From: Eledone cirrhosa
Taxonomy: Eukaryota
Reading direction: 5' to 3'
Length of the DNA stretch: 64,000 nt
Assembly: GCA_964016885.1 (NCBI GenBank)
Contig: OZ024742.1
Location: forward strand, 148,676,001-148,740,000
In this document: piece after piece, positions 40,848 through 53,031 of the stretch
Layout: each line of letters begins with the position of its first letter
Numbering within the stretch: position 1 is the stretch's first letter
Translations under genes and position numbers: made by a program
Notes under the pieces: generated by a model
What the model saw: only the letters and a program-made list of their open reading frames with translations
The model's database searches: none
Told to the model about the DNA's origin: nothing

Positions 40848-41209
40848 TTTCTTTATTAGCCACAGGGGCACAAAAGAAGGGAACAAATACAAAGGGGGAA
40901 GTTTACATACAATAAAAACGTGTAAAATGTTATCACAGATGGAATTTAAAAGTTAGTCGATTTTCCCCAATAGAGGGAGACAGTTTATATGGGTAACACA
41001 TACCCCCGAAAAAAAATGTGCAACCCTCATCTCCAGGAGTACGAAGAGCTTGTACTCCTTTCCTCTCCTCCTCCTTTTCCTCAATCTACAGGCTGATATA
41101 GAGAGAAGGCCCATTCACTCGGGCCATTCTCGCCACTTTCACCCACCTTTCATAAAACTTGCTGGGGTACAGCACCTCTCTCTCCATCCTGATTCTTCTT
41201 CCAAAGTGG

Positions 41210-41210
<1 letters not shown>
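40848..41210 (-). mobile_element. Tx1 (GATA family) 3' fragment
   Basis: Homologous to 61600-61940; (GATA)n on both sides. Confidence 0.88.
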
Positions 41211-41293
<83 letters not shown>

Positions 41294-41553
41294 ACTCATG
41301 GCTGTTTGATTGCAAGCGGTGCTCTGTGGCCTTCAGCAAGACACTTTATTTCACGTTGTTCCAGTTCACTCAGCTGTATCACATTAAGGGTATACTTATT
41401 TGTGGTATACATAGCCACTTGCACGTTCATTTTCCGAAAAGGCTGTTTGTTCCGTTGTTCTGACAACTGGAACACTCGCCGTCAGAACCGATGGAAGCCC
41501 AACACACACATACACACACACACACACTGTATATATATATATGTGTGTGTATG

Positions 41554-41606
<53 letters not shown>

Positions 41607-41622
41607 TAAAATAACAGATTAA

Positions 41623-41668
41623 AGTTTAAGCAAAGAATCGCTGCTTTCACCCTTAACGGGATCTTCTG
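41623..41668 (-). ncRNA. Family alpha hammerhead fragment truncated at the core
   Basis: Near-identical to 12354-12399; (TA)n lies ~20 nt away. Confidence 0.55.
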
Positions 41669-42124
41669 GATTTTAGTCTTCAATTTTATTATTATTACTA
41701 TATATATATATATATATATATACAAACATAAATTATCGAGATTCGCATTTCGGCCCACGAAATAACGAAAAGCAACCTCCGAGATGTGCGGCAAGTGCTC
41801 AATGATTCAGATAAACCAGAGCTATAACAAACGTTAAAGGCCAAACACACTGAGACGATGGTTAAACAATCATTCGTATAGCCAAAAAAACGATCAAGTA
41901 ATTCGGGTATTAAAAATTTATCCGGACCCCTGGTAGGTTGGTAAAATCCAGTATATGGGTTTCTGCAAATCAATATATATATATATTTATATTTATATTT
42001 ATATTTATTAAAATAACTATATATTTATATATAGGTATGTGCGTATGTCTATGTTTAAGTTCATATATGTGTTTGTATCTATGTATGTGATATATAAAAA
42101 CATACACACACATACACGCATATA

Positions 42125-42178
<54 letters not shown>

Positions 42179-42879
42179 AGTCGACATATCGGTTTGTATG
42201 CTGTGTATGTGATGGTATTAAATGACCTTGAGGTTAATGCTGGTACAGATTGTAACACTTCCTTTTTGTTCTTATTTAGTGTTCTGTCAAAGTCTACTGC
42301 CATGTCGGTTGGCCTTTTAGTTTCCATGCGTGAATGCGCACGCTTTTCTGTGTATGTGTATATATGTCATTCTGCTGGCGTTTCTTCAAAGAAAGAGCTT
42401 TAATTGCGGATATGTGTATATATGGGAGGAGGTGGCTGCTTGTGTATACGCGTGTGTGTGTGTGTGTGTGTGTGAGCAGGCATGTTTAAGTGAGTGTGTG
42501 TGCGTCCACGCATGTTTAGGAGAGAGTGTGTGTATATGCCTGTGTGTGTGATTGAGTTAGAGAGAGAGAGAAAGTGTATGTATGTATTGTGTGGAAGAGA
42601 GAAAGTATGTGTGTGTGTGTGTGTGTGTGAGAGAGAAAGTATACGTATGTGAGTAGAATTCTCGTTTAGGAAATTAATACGATCAGGGAAGTGACCTACT
42701 GAACTCATTAATTAAACCCGAATATAAAAGTCGAACAAATGCGTATTTATGGTGATTCTTTGCTTGATCAAATAGGGAGTTGTAGTGATCCTTGATTATC
42801 TAGACTATAGAAACATCATTTTACTCTAAGCAACGTGACCCGTCATAAAGTATGATATTATATTCATCTCTTGCTAATG

Positions 42880-43100
42880 GCGCTGGATTGGCAGAATCGT
42901 TAGAGCATCGGATGAAATGATTTGCGCTATTTCTTTCAGCTATTTACATTCTGAGTTAATATCTCACCGAGGTCAACTTTACCTTTCATCCTTCCGGAGT
43001 CGATAAAATAAAGGACCAGCTAAGTACTGAAGTAGATATAATCGAATTTTCCCTTTCTTCAAATTGCTGACCTTGTGCCAAAATTAGAAACAATTATATT
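42880..43100 (+). mobile_element. tRNA-derived SINE, older subfamily
   Basis: A-box tggcagaatcg, core, 3' end. Confidence 0.8.
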
Positions 43101-43235
43101 CATTTCTAACTTATGGTCATGGATTGGTAGAATCGTTAAAGCGTTGGACATAAAGCTTTGCAGTATTTGTTCTGGCTGTTCACATTTAATTGACTTTTCC
43201 CTCCTCCAAGTTTGGAAAACCTTGTGTAAATTAGA

Positions 43236-43285
<50 letters not shown>

Positions 43286-43373
43286 CCAAAGTTTATATGG
43301 TTCGTTGATTATTCAACGAATACAATTTTACAATAGATTAGAAGCACTCGACTGTAATTTTCTGGAGTATTTA

Positions 43374-43588
43374 ATATTATTCAAAATATTAATAAATGAA
43401 AAATATTCTCATAACCAAAATATATATTTTATTATACATATTTCAAAGGTATGTCGCATATCCAATCTCTCAGATATTTTATCTGATGAAAACGTACTGA
43501 AACACCATTGTACCTTTGAAATATGTATAATAAAATATATATTTTGGTTATGAGAATATTTTTCATTTATTAATATTTTGAATAATAT
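43374..43588. repeat. Fold-back with ~78-bp perfect arms and a central hammerhead-like motif
   Basis: Arms 43374-43451 and 43511-43588; CTGATGA-aaacgtact-GAAA-caccattg-TA at 43483-43512. Confidence 0.85.
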
Positions 43589-43647
43589 ATATTCGTTTTT
43601 GAATTTGTTTTGCGAGATTTCTTATTTGAAAACGTGTGTTGAAACAG

Positions 43648-44264
43648 ATATTGTTATACTTTGGGAGGGTCATGCTGCCAATAAGAAACACACACACCTG
43701 TTGGTCTTCACTTCAATTTATTATAAGTTTCCGATTGGCTGGTTGGTTCGATAACCGGAAGGTTGTTTATATATTGTCATAGCTCTTTCGTCACACATTA
43801 TGTGACCTCCTCAGTGACTAGGTTTTTTATTTTTTGTGTGTCTCTCCTTTGTTCTATCCTACACCATCTTGTTTTTGTGTAATGAAGGACAAAATGAAGA
43901 CATACAGACACACACAAAAGTCAAACTAACAAAACAAATCAGACACACACAGTTAGAACAAGTAAATAAACACATAGATAAATAAATAAATGAATAAACA
44001 AACACACACACACTTGGATATAACACATGTGCAAACTAAGCACACAACACACAACACACAAGATGGTGTAGGAACAGAACAAAGGAGAGACACAAAATAA
44101 AAACCTAGTCACTGAGGAGGTCATAGAATGTGTGACAATATATAAACAACCTTCCGGTTATCGAACCAACTAACCAATCGGAACTTATACTAAATTGAAG
44201 TGAAAACCAACAGGTGTGTGTGTTGTTATTGGCAACATGACCCTCCCAAAGTATAACAATATAT
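43648..44264. mobile_element. Head-to-head inverted Penelope pLTR-like pair
   Basis: Arms ~43648-43880 and ~44050-44264; hammerhead in the left arm. Confidence 0.88.
43776..43818 (-). ncRNA. Minimal type I hammerhead
   Basis: gtca-CTGAGGA-g gtcaca taatg tgtgac-GAAA-gagc-TA-tgac. Confidence 0.85.
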
Positions 44265-44265
44265 A

Positions 44266-47200
44266 TCATCATCATCATCATCACCGTTTTACGTCCGTTC
44301 TTCCACGCTAGCATGGGTTAGACGGGTTGTCCTGTTGTGGGCAGTGTCTGGTCGGCTGACCATGCCTTGCTCATACAGGAACTGATTTTGCCTGATTTCT
44401 ACAGCTGGATGCCCTTCCTAACACCAACCTCATTTACAGTGAGTGCTGGGTATTCTTTTCCGTGGCGCCTACACGTCCACTTTACAGTGTGGGCTGGGTG
44501 CCTTTTTGCCGTGGCACCTCCATGACCACTTTGCAGTGGGAGGGTGTGGGGGCATATTGTCTATATGCTTCAGCTTCGGCTTGTACTCATGGGAGGTCGG
44601 GTACTCTGTATTACTGCGTGACGCCAGAGGTCACGGTCGTGTGTCATCGCCTTTGAGAGGTGTAATTGGGTAAGGTCGGCTTTTATCACCTCATCCCAGG
44701 TCTTCTTGAGTCTCTCCACTCCGCGGTTTCCATTGACTTCTAGTGCTCTGCACCTCATTATGCAGCTGTCACCCTTCATACGCATCACATGTCCATACCA
44801 ACGCAACCGCCTCTCCTGCACACAGAATTTGATTCCTCTTATGCTCAGTCTCTCTCTCAATTCATTTATGCTTTGCCGTTCGCGTATTACACATCCATCG
44901 GAGCATGCAGGCTTCGTTTCTTTCTAATGTACGTAAGTCTTCCACCTTCAGCGCCCAGGTCTCACTACCATGTAACATTGCTGTTCGTATACACGCATCA
45001 TACAGTCTGCCTTTCATTTTGAGGGAAAAGCCTTTTGCAGCTAGCAGTGGCAGTAGTTCCCTGAACTTCTTCCATCCCGTTCTTACCCTAGTTATTGTAC
45101 TTTCTGAACACCCACCTCCGCTGCTAATTCGGTCACCTAGGTAGCTGAAGCTGTCTACTGTTTCTACAGAGCCCTCCCAGAGATTGGTGGTACTTGTTTC
45201 TTGTGCCTGTTTGCTGATTGCTGTCCCAGCACAGCTGCTGCATGTGAAGCCTACATTCTTAATTAAGCTTCCTGATATCCCGCTACATCTCTTGTGTACC
45301 CATTGTTTGCATTTGGGGCAGAGAATGGAGTTCCTACCTACACCTTTCCTACATACTGAGCAAGGCCATTTCCCTGAGGGGATCTGGGTTCTGTTTTCTC
45401 GTCTACTTACAAGAACCTTAGTCTTTGTCAGGTTGACTTTGAGACCCTTTCTTTCTAGTCCCTGCTTCCAAGTTTGGAATTTCTTCTCTAGTTCTACCAT
45501 AGATTCAGCTAGAAGTGCGAGGTCATCTGCATACAGGAGTTCCCATGGGCATCCGGTCTTAAACTCCTCCGTTATTTCCTGCAGGACTATGATGAACAGG
45601 AGAGGGCTAAGAACAGAGCCCTGGCGGACACCGACCTGTACGATAAATTCCTCCCTATACTCATTGCTAATCCTAACTTTGCTGACTGCTCCTCTATACA
45701 TGGCTTGTACAGCTTTCACAAGCCATTCATCTACTCCTAGGTTTCTTAGAACCCACCAGATTATAGCATGGGGAACTCTGTCAAAGGCTTTCTCGAGATC
45801 GACGAATGCCAGGTAGAGTGGCTTACTTTTAGCTAGGTACTTTTCCTGTAACTGCCTCAGAAGGAAGAGGGCATCAGTGGTGCCTCTTCCTGGTACAAAC
45901 CCAAATTGCATCTCATCTAGTTTCACCCGGTCCCTAATCAATTGTGCTATAACTCTTTCTGTTACTTTCATGACCTGGTCCATCAGCTTTATACCTCTAT
46001 AGTTTCCTCTATCTAGTGCATCACCTTTACCCTTGTAGCAGTTGACAATGATGCTACTGCACCAATCCTTTCGTATGACACCTTCTAGTATTACCTGGTT
46101 ACCAATACGTGTGGTTATAGTGTGACCTACCGACCCAGATGCCTTCAGCATGTCGGCAGCTATACCCGATGGAACGGTTGCCTTCCCCATCTTCATATCT
46201 TTGATTGCCTTACTTACTACGCTGCTGCTGACTTGTACTGCTGGCCCCTCTATAGGGTCTCTATAGGGTCTTCTTCCCATGCATTCTCCTCATTTAGTAA
46301 TCTATCATAATGGCTCTTCCACGCATCTTTCTTCTCAACACTCGTGAGGGCAGGCTCACCTTTATCATTCCGGATACATTTCTTTCCAATAACATCACAA
46401 TTCTCTCTGACACACTGCCTCGCAATCTTGAACACCTCCTGTTTCTGGTCCTCACGTTGCAAAATATGCTTCAATTTTCTATCCTCTGCTTCCCTCCTAG
46501 CTAATTATACTTGTCGCCTAGCTTCCCTCCTGGCCTCTATGTAATGTACGCTGCTTCCCCCGTTCTTCCATTCTTTCCATGCCTGTCTCTTGGCCTTAAC
46601 TGCTTCATCTACCTTATTGTTCCACCGCCAAGTCACTCTCCTCCTGCCTGTGGTCTTACTCCAGCCACAGATCTCATCCGTCGCCTCTAGTAAGTTATTT
46701 TTTTAGGAACTCCCAGTGCTCTTCTACATTGAATGTCTCTATCTGTTCTTCTTTACTGTCGTAGGCGTTGAGTAAAATATCTTTAAATCTGTTACTGGCT
46801 GGGGGGTCTTTCAGCTTCCAAATCTTTCTTCTCCATGTTGGCCTCTGTTTCCAGGTTCGTCTAGTTCTGACTGTGAGGTCGTTGACAACTAAGCTATGTT
46901 GGGAGGTACATTCCTCACTAGGGAAAGCTTTTGTGTTTACGACCGTCCATCTGTCACGTCCTCTGATGAGGATAAAATCTATCTGACTAGAATGCTCCCC
47001 TGATCTATAGGTGATCAGGTGGTTGTCGGGTTTTTTGAAGTTTGTTTTACATATCGACATGTCATTGGTGTCGCAGAATCTAGAAGCCTGAATCCTTCTT
47101 CATTTCTTGTGCTAACCCCATGGCCTCCATGGACTCTATTGAAGCCGTCACAGTGTTTACCTACGTGTCCGTTAAAATCTCCTGCAATAATTAGGAAGTC

Positions 47201-48010
47201 ATTGTCGTTTGTTAGAGCAGTAGTGTGCATTAGGGACTCGTAAAATCTATCCTTAAGTTCGTCTGGCAACCCCGATTGGGGTGCGTAAGCTGATATTATT
47301 GTGGTAATTGTTTTATTCAGGACTAGTCTGAGTTTAATGATTCTTGCATTTATCACTGAGATTACTTTATCTACCAACTTGTCAGCTAGTAGAATACCTA
47401 CACCACCCATCCCATTGTCATTTCCCACCCAGTAAAATTTGTAGCACTGACTTTTTCCTACAAGGACTCTAGCAGACTTTCCTCTCCATCTAGTCTCTTG
47501 CACACAGCATACATCAATTTCCTTTCGCTCTAGCATCTCTACGATTTCTCCTGCTCTTCCTTTCAGTGTGCTTACATTGATGGTACCAACTCGGAGTTTT
47601 GGGCATTTGTCAACATTCGTGGGGAAGGGTCGATTTTTGCAGGGGTGTGTGTGTGCTTCCTGTCTCTGAATTGAAGCTTCACATGGGTGCTTGGTAGCTC
47701 GCGGATTCATATTCATTTTCATTTATTATTTCAGGGTTGCTCCATTTATTCTCAGCTCATCCATACATAACGGTAGGAAAATTCAGGGCTAGAAGAACAG
47801 TGGTGGTGGTAATAATGGCAGGGTGTGTTAGGACTGGGACGGGTGAGGAGAGAGTTAGGTAGTAGTAGAATGGGCAGGGTTTGTTGGGGTTGGTAGTGGG
47901 GGGGGGGGGGCATACTGAGGTTTGATTGGTCGAATAGGCTATGGTGGTGTAATGGGTGGGTGGGAGGGAAATTGTGAGGTAGGTAGCCATCATGGCCTGT
48001 AGCATCTCAT
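44266..48010 (-). mobile_element. RTE-clade LINE, near full length, frameshifted
   Basis: APE (VGTINVSTL, CCVQETRW, SAYAPQ, GDFNGHVG, SQIDFIL); RT (NYRGIKL, FVDLEKAFD, GVRQGSVLSP, YADD, FSYLG); RLRWYGHV; (GAT)n tail. Confidence 0.95.
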
Positions 48011-48233
48011 GGCAAAATAAACCGATAGGAGTAGATGACTTCGTAGAGACAGCGAAATGATAAATACAACAACACTAATAATAGTGTAAGAGAGAGGAAG
48101 AGAGTAGATGACTTCGTAGAGAGGCAGCATGGGAGAGAAAATGAGGGTAAAATATATATACATATATAATATATATACATATATAATATTAATAAAAAGT
48201 ATGGATGAGGTGTCAAATTTTCATTAAGTCGGG

Positions 48234-48322
48234 TGCCGCGCACGTTTCGCGATTGATCATCTCAAGGTTCGATCTATATCGATCGGGCCCTCTACTGGAA
48301 TCAAAAGCTCATCAGACATCTG
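48234..48322 (-). ncRNA. Family gamma hammerhead relic
   Basis: tgt-CTGATGA-gcttttgatt..gatcaatcgc-GAAA-cgtgcg; cleavage triplet mutated; homologous to 24310-24393. Confidence 0.6.
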
Positions 48323-48406
48323 TTAGCTTAATGACGGAATGTAGTTGCTTCTGACGGGATCCGCTGGAAGGAGTATTTGAGGACTCTGCCCACACGACCT
48401 TCTCAG

Positions 48407-48507
48407 GAAGAAGAAGAAGAAGAAGAAGAAGAAGAAGAAGAAGAAGAAGAAGAAGAAGAAGAAGAAGAAGAAGAAGAAGAAGAAGAAGAAGAAGAAGAAG
48501 AAGAAGA
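48407..48507. repeat. (GAA)n microsatellite
   Basis: Direct reading. Confidence 0.95.
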
Positions 48508-48635
48508 GCAGGAGGAGGAGGCGGGAGTTAAAGGCGACGATAAATGCAAAAAACACTTTTTTCAGCGATTAGCTATTTCTAGCAGGTCGAGTGGTCACGC
48601 AGATGCTTCCCTCGTTTGAAAGAACTTTGATAGAC

Positions 48636-48666
<31 letters not shown>

Positions 48667-48877
48667 CTGTATTTCTAACAGTTGGTCAATCAATGATAAA
48701 CATTGATTGCCAGATAAATTAACTATGGAGATATAAAAGATACAGAAGCGAAAACCAACCCAAACTAAACAGTGAGTGTGTTCTATTATTATTTCTGGCA
48801 ATATTATAACAATATGACCCTCTCCAAATATAACAAGATATACATATATATATATAATATATACATATAAATATATA

Positions 48878-48918
<41 letters not shown>

Positions 48919-49162
48919 GCGTGTGTGTGTGTGTGTGTATATGTGTGTATTTCTATGTGTATATGTGCGCAATTTATTTTTTGTTTGTTTATTCTTTGTT
49001 GTTATTGTTGTTGTTGTTTTTGCTGTCTATAGATCTTTGCCTACAGGTAAAAATTCATGAGATTTCTGCGTTCTGTCGCTTTTTTTTTCTTTCATTTTTT
49101 TTTCTTTTGTGGGAGGATATTATAGATTGATTTCTAATTTAGGCACTTTATTTTTCACATAC

Positions 49163-49266
<104 letters not shown>

Positions 49267-49294
49267 AATAAAGTGCCTAAATTAGAAATCAATC

Positions 49295-49379
<85 letters not shown>

Positions 49380-49537
49380 AGTGAGCTATGTTCAAATATA
49401 TATATATATGGTGGCATAACTTAGTAGCTGTGGTGGTCAGGGTGGTCTGCGAAACATTGTTTTTTTAACATTACACTCGATTTCAGTGCGTTATAAAATA
49501 TGTAGCATCAATATTATACATTCATTATAATCAATTG

Positions 49538-49722
49538 AGGGCGGTGGATTGGCAGTGTCGGTAGAGGGACGGACGCCATGCTTTCCAGCATAGTTACGTC
49601 CCTTTACGATCTGAGTTCAAATCCCGCCGAGGTTGACTTTGCCTTTCATCCTTACGGGGTCGATAAAATAAAGTACCAGTAATGCACTGGGTATTGCTGG
49701 CCTTGTGCCTAAAGTAGAAACA
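49538..49722 (+). mobile_element. Complete tRNA-derived SINE with 14-bp TSD
   Basis: TSD attataatcaattg at 49524-49537 and 49723-49736; A-box tggcagtgtcgg; B-box gagttcaaatccc. Confidence 0.95.
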
Positions 49723-49889
49723 ATTATAATCAATTGTATACCCTCCCATTTTCAAAATCTGTCGTGTTTAAATTAACTTTTCTATGAAACATTAACAGAC
49801 CTGCCAACCTCTAAAAGCCCAAACGAGGAGTACCAAGAAAAAAAGCGCCCCAAAACGGGGAGAAATTAGGCAAAATGGGGAGGTTTTAC

Positions 49890-50060
49890 ATAATTGTTTC
49901 TAATATAGCACAAGGCCAGCAATTACACCAGTACATTACTGGTACTTTATTTTATAGACCCCCCCGTAAGGATGAAAGGCAAAGTTAACCTCGGTGGGAT
50001 TAGAACTCCGAACGCAAAGGGCCATAACTCTATGCTGCAAAGCATAGGGTGTGACGCTTT
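49890..50060 (-). mobile_element. SINE, same family
   Basis: Reverse-complement similarity; further partial copies at ~51385, ~57250 and ~60220. Confidence 0.85.
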
Positions 50061-50317
50061 ACATAATGAAATATATACTCATTTCCACAAGAGAAGACAT
50101 CTCTCACCCACCCCAGACTGGGTGGGAGATCTCCCCGACCGGTGGGAAGAGTTGACAGATCTGCATTAATATAATTTTCTTCCATAACTCAAAGCTGGTT
50201 ATAACAAAAAATGTGCATCGCTGTAATTAAGAGAAGTGGAATAGTCGGGTATGTGGCTGATTAATCCACAGAGATATCGTTTGTTTGTTTTTTGTTTGTT
50301 TTTGTTTTTTTGTTGTT

Positions 50318-50605
50318 GTATCATCAGCTTCCACCAGTAACAGAAAATATAAGGCAAAGGAAAATGAAGCTGGCAGGTCACTATGTTTGTCAACATGAGG
50401 AAATAGTAAGTGATCTTATTCTGTGGGAACCATCAGATAGGTATACAAGCAGAGGTAGGAGGAAAAGAAATTACATTTATATTGCTGGAAAAATACAGAA
50501 GTGTTTGGTGTATGAGAGCTCAGAACGCAGACGATGAATAGAAAGCTTTGGAGTGCACATGTAAAGACAGATGAGCGACACGGCAGTCGGCATAAATAGA
50601 TAGAT
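50318..50605 (+). mobile_element. RTE-like LINE 3' fragment
   Basis: LPPVTENIRQRKMKLAGH..LILWEP..RGRRK. Confidence 0.7.
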
Positions 50606-51546
50606 ATTACTTTTGTTTTGTTTTGTTTCTTTTCTTTCTGTGCGAATAAACCATTTCCACTCCTTCATAAACCGCTGTTTTCAGTCTGTCAGTCACATTA
50701 TTAAAATCTATCAGATTCTATAAAAGCTTCAATGACTATAAGCACAACTGTAACTATATTATGTTTCTCATCGGTTATCCATTGTAATTATTTTTCCCAT
50801 TTATGCAGGTTATATTTCTTTCTTTTGACAATTTACGCCACTTTTCTTATTCTCTACCCCAAAACATAACCTGTTTATTCTAATTATATTTTATGAATAT
50901 TTCAATTCTAACATTCCAACAGTATTCTTTCCTTTTGGTGCATATGTTATATGCTTTCCAAATAGTTACATGCTTATATCTTCATATTCTGATTTACCAT
51001 TCTTACATATATCGAATAACCAATAATATTTTCGGACAGCTAATAATGAGATGATATCAAATCCCAAAAAGCTAATATATTTTCTAACACCTAGGCAATT
51101 TTCCTGTAGAATTATCCCTATTGTTGTATGATATCTGTCTTTAGATATTGGTAATTGATAAAATCCTCATTGGTCGAAGATTATTCGTTTTATTCATTCT
51201 ACTGTCGATATATAGTTTATGAGTAATACAATCATGGATAATGTTCTGTTTAAACATTTGTTTAGTTATCTTGCTAGTCTAGCTTCATATTCAGACTTGT
51301 CTTCTAATGGTTCTTTACAGAAATCCTTTTTGTTTTCTTTTATTATAAAATGTTGTCCTATGTTCACACTTGATCGTGAACCGACAGGGTTGTTAGAACA
51401 TCAGATAGAATTTTGGGGATAGAGTTTTGTGGTATTCGTTCCCGCTTCCAGTGCTCTGAGTTCAGAACCCATCGAAGTCAACTTTACCTGGATAAAGAAA
51501 GTGCCAGTCAATTACCAAGATCTATTCTTCTTCCATATCTCTCTTT

Positions 51547-51625
<79 letters not shown>

Positions 51626-51656
51626 TCTTTTCTGAGAGAAATCGACTAGGTTCAGG

Positions 51657-51816
51657 CCTGTAGAGGGATGGGCTTCGTTATGTTTTAAATACCCAAGACA
51701 CGCTTTATATCCCTACGGAGCCCTAATGGCTCTACCAGGAGTTACGGGTCCATACATACATACATACATACATACATACATACATACATACATACATACA
51801 TACATACATACATACA

Positions 51817-51849
<33 letters not shown>

Positions 51850-52955
51850 GATAGCTGCCCCCGCGTTATCGAGTATGGCCATTGCATGATAAACCATTAT
51901 TAATAATTATTAATTAATTCTATCGTGCAATGCCTGTGCGTGAAGATATTTTTAAAGTGAGGAAAGACTGTGCACTGAGTCAATCTCAATCTCTGAGCGA
52001 CTGTAGCTATAACCCGAAAAGAGGAAAAGATCAACATCATCGGTAACTACTGAGCCGCAGGTTTTATATCGGAGTTATCCCAGTTTCCTGAGTTTCCTTC
52101 TCCTAGAAGAATGTCCTGATAAAGGCTAGGGGTCCTTCACTCCCAGTGGTTTAACCGCGCATCGGGTGTCCAGCCCGACTATTTCTATGTCCCCGTGCAT
52201 ATACATACACATGCACCCATGTATATACACATATACATACATATGTACATGTGTATATACATATTTACACACTTTTGGATGGCCGTTGACTCTTATGAGT
52301 TCTTCCGCCCTTTGTTAGGTTTTGTTTTTTGTCCTGCAGGGTTTCCAAAATCACCCTCCTCACCAAGTAAACTTGGTGGGGTTGCCGGTTTAGTCGCCGA
52401 CGACCCGACCATGTGACAGGTTGTACTGGGTTACATGTTACCAGTAGCACTCAAGAGTGACCCGTCATACATACATACATACATACATACATACATACAT
52501 ACATACATACATACATACATACATACATACATACATGATGGCTGCAAACTCTGCTAAGAGTACTGCAATTGCTTGGAGAATTATAGAGTTTGGTGCCATT
52601 TTAGGCTACAGCCAGTCACACAAACCGGTAACATATCCTGAACAAGCAATGCCTGTGCTTTGAATGTTTTTTTTAAGTTGGGAAAAGCCTTGCACTCGAC
52701 CAATCCCACTCTCTGAGTATCGAAAACACTACCCGAAAAGGAGAACTGGTCAACATCATCGGTTGCTTCCAAAGCCACAGGTTTTTTTTTTCAGAGTTTC
52801 CCTCTCCTAGAAAGGTGTTGTGACAACAACTGGGAGCCTTTCACTCCCAGGTGAAAAAAAAAGGTACTATTTGGATGACCTCCTCACCGACGACCCGACC
52901 ATGAGACAGGTTGTACTGGGTTACATGTTACCAGTAGCACTCGAGAGCCACCTGA
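51657..52955 (-). mobile_element. Stack of CATA-associated elements (X, A, B fragment, B)
   Basis: Homologous to 10322-11288; separated by (CATA)n tracts. Confidence 0.75.
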
Positions 52956-53031
52956 CATACATACATACATACATACATACATACATACATACATACATAC
53001 ATACATACATACATACATACATACATACATA

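Noticed and set aside
48377-48619. Poly-Glu ORF
   Set aside because: (GAA)n microsatellite
49538-49630. tRNA gene
   Set aside because: A and B boxes are present but there is no full cloverleaf; it is a SINE head with TSDs
50700-51380. Possible APE relic on the minus strand (AYAP-like)
   Set aside because: Too decayed to support
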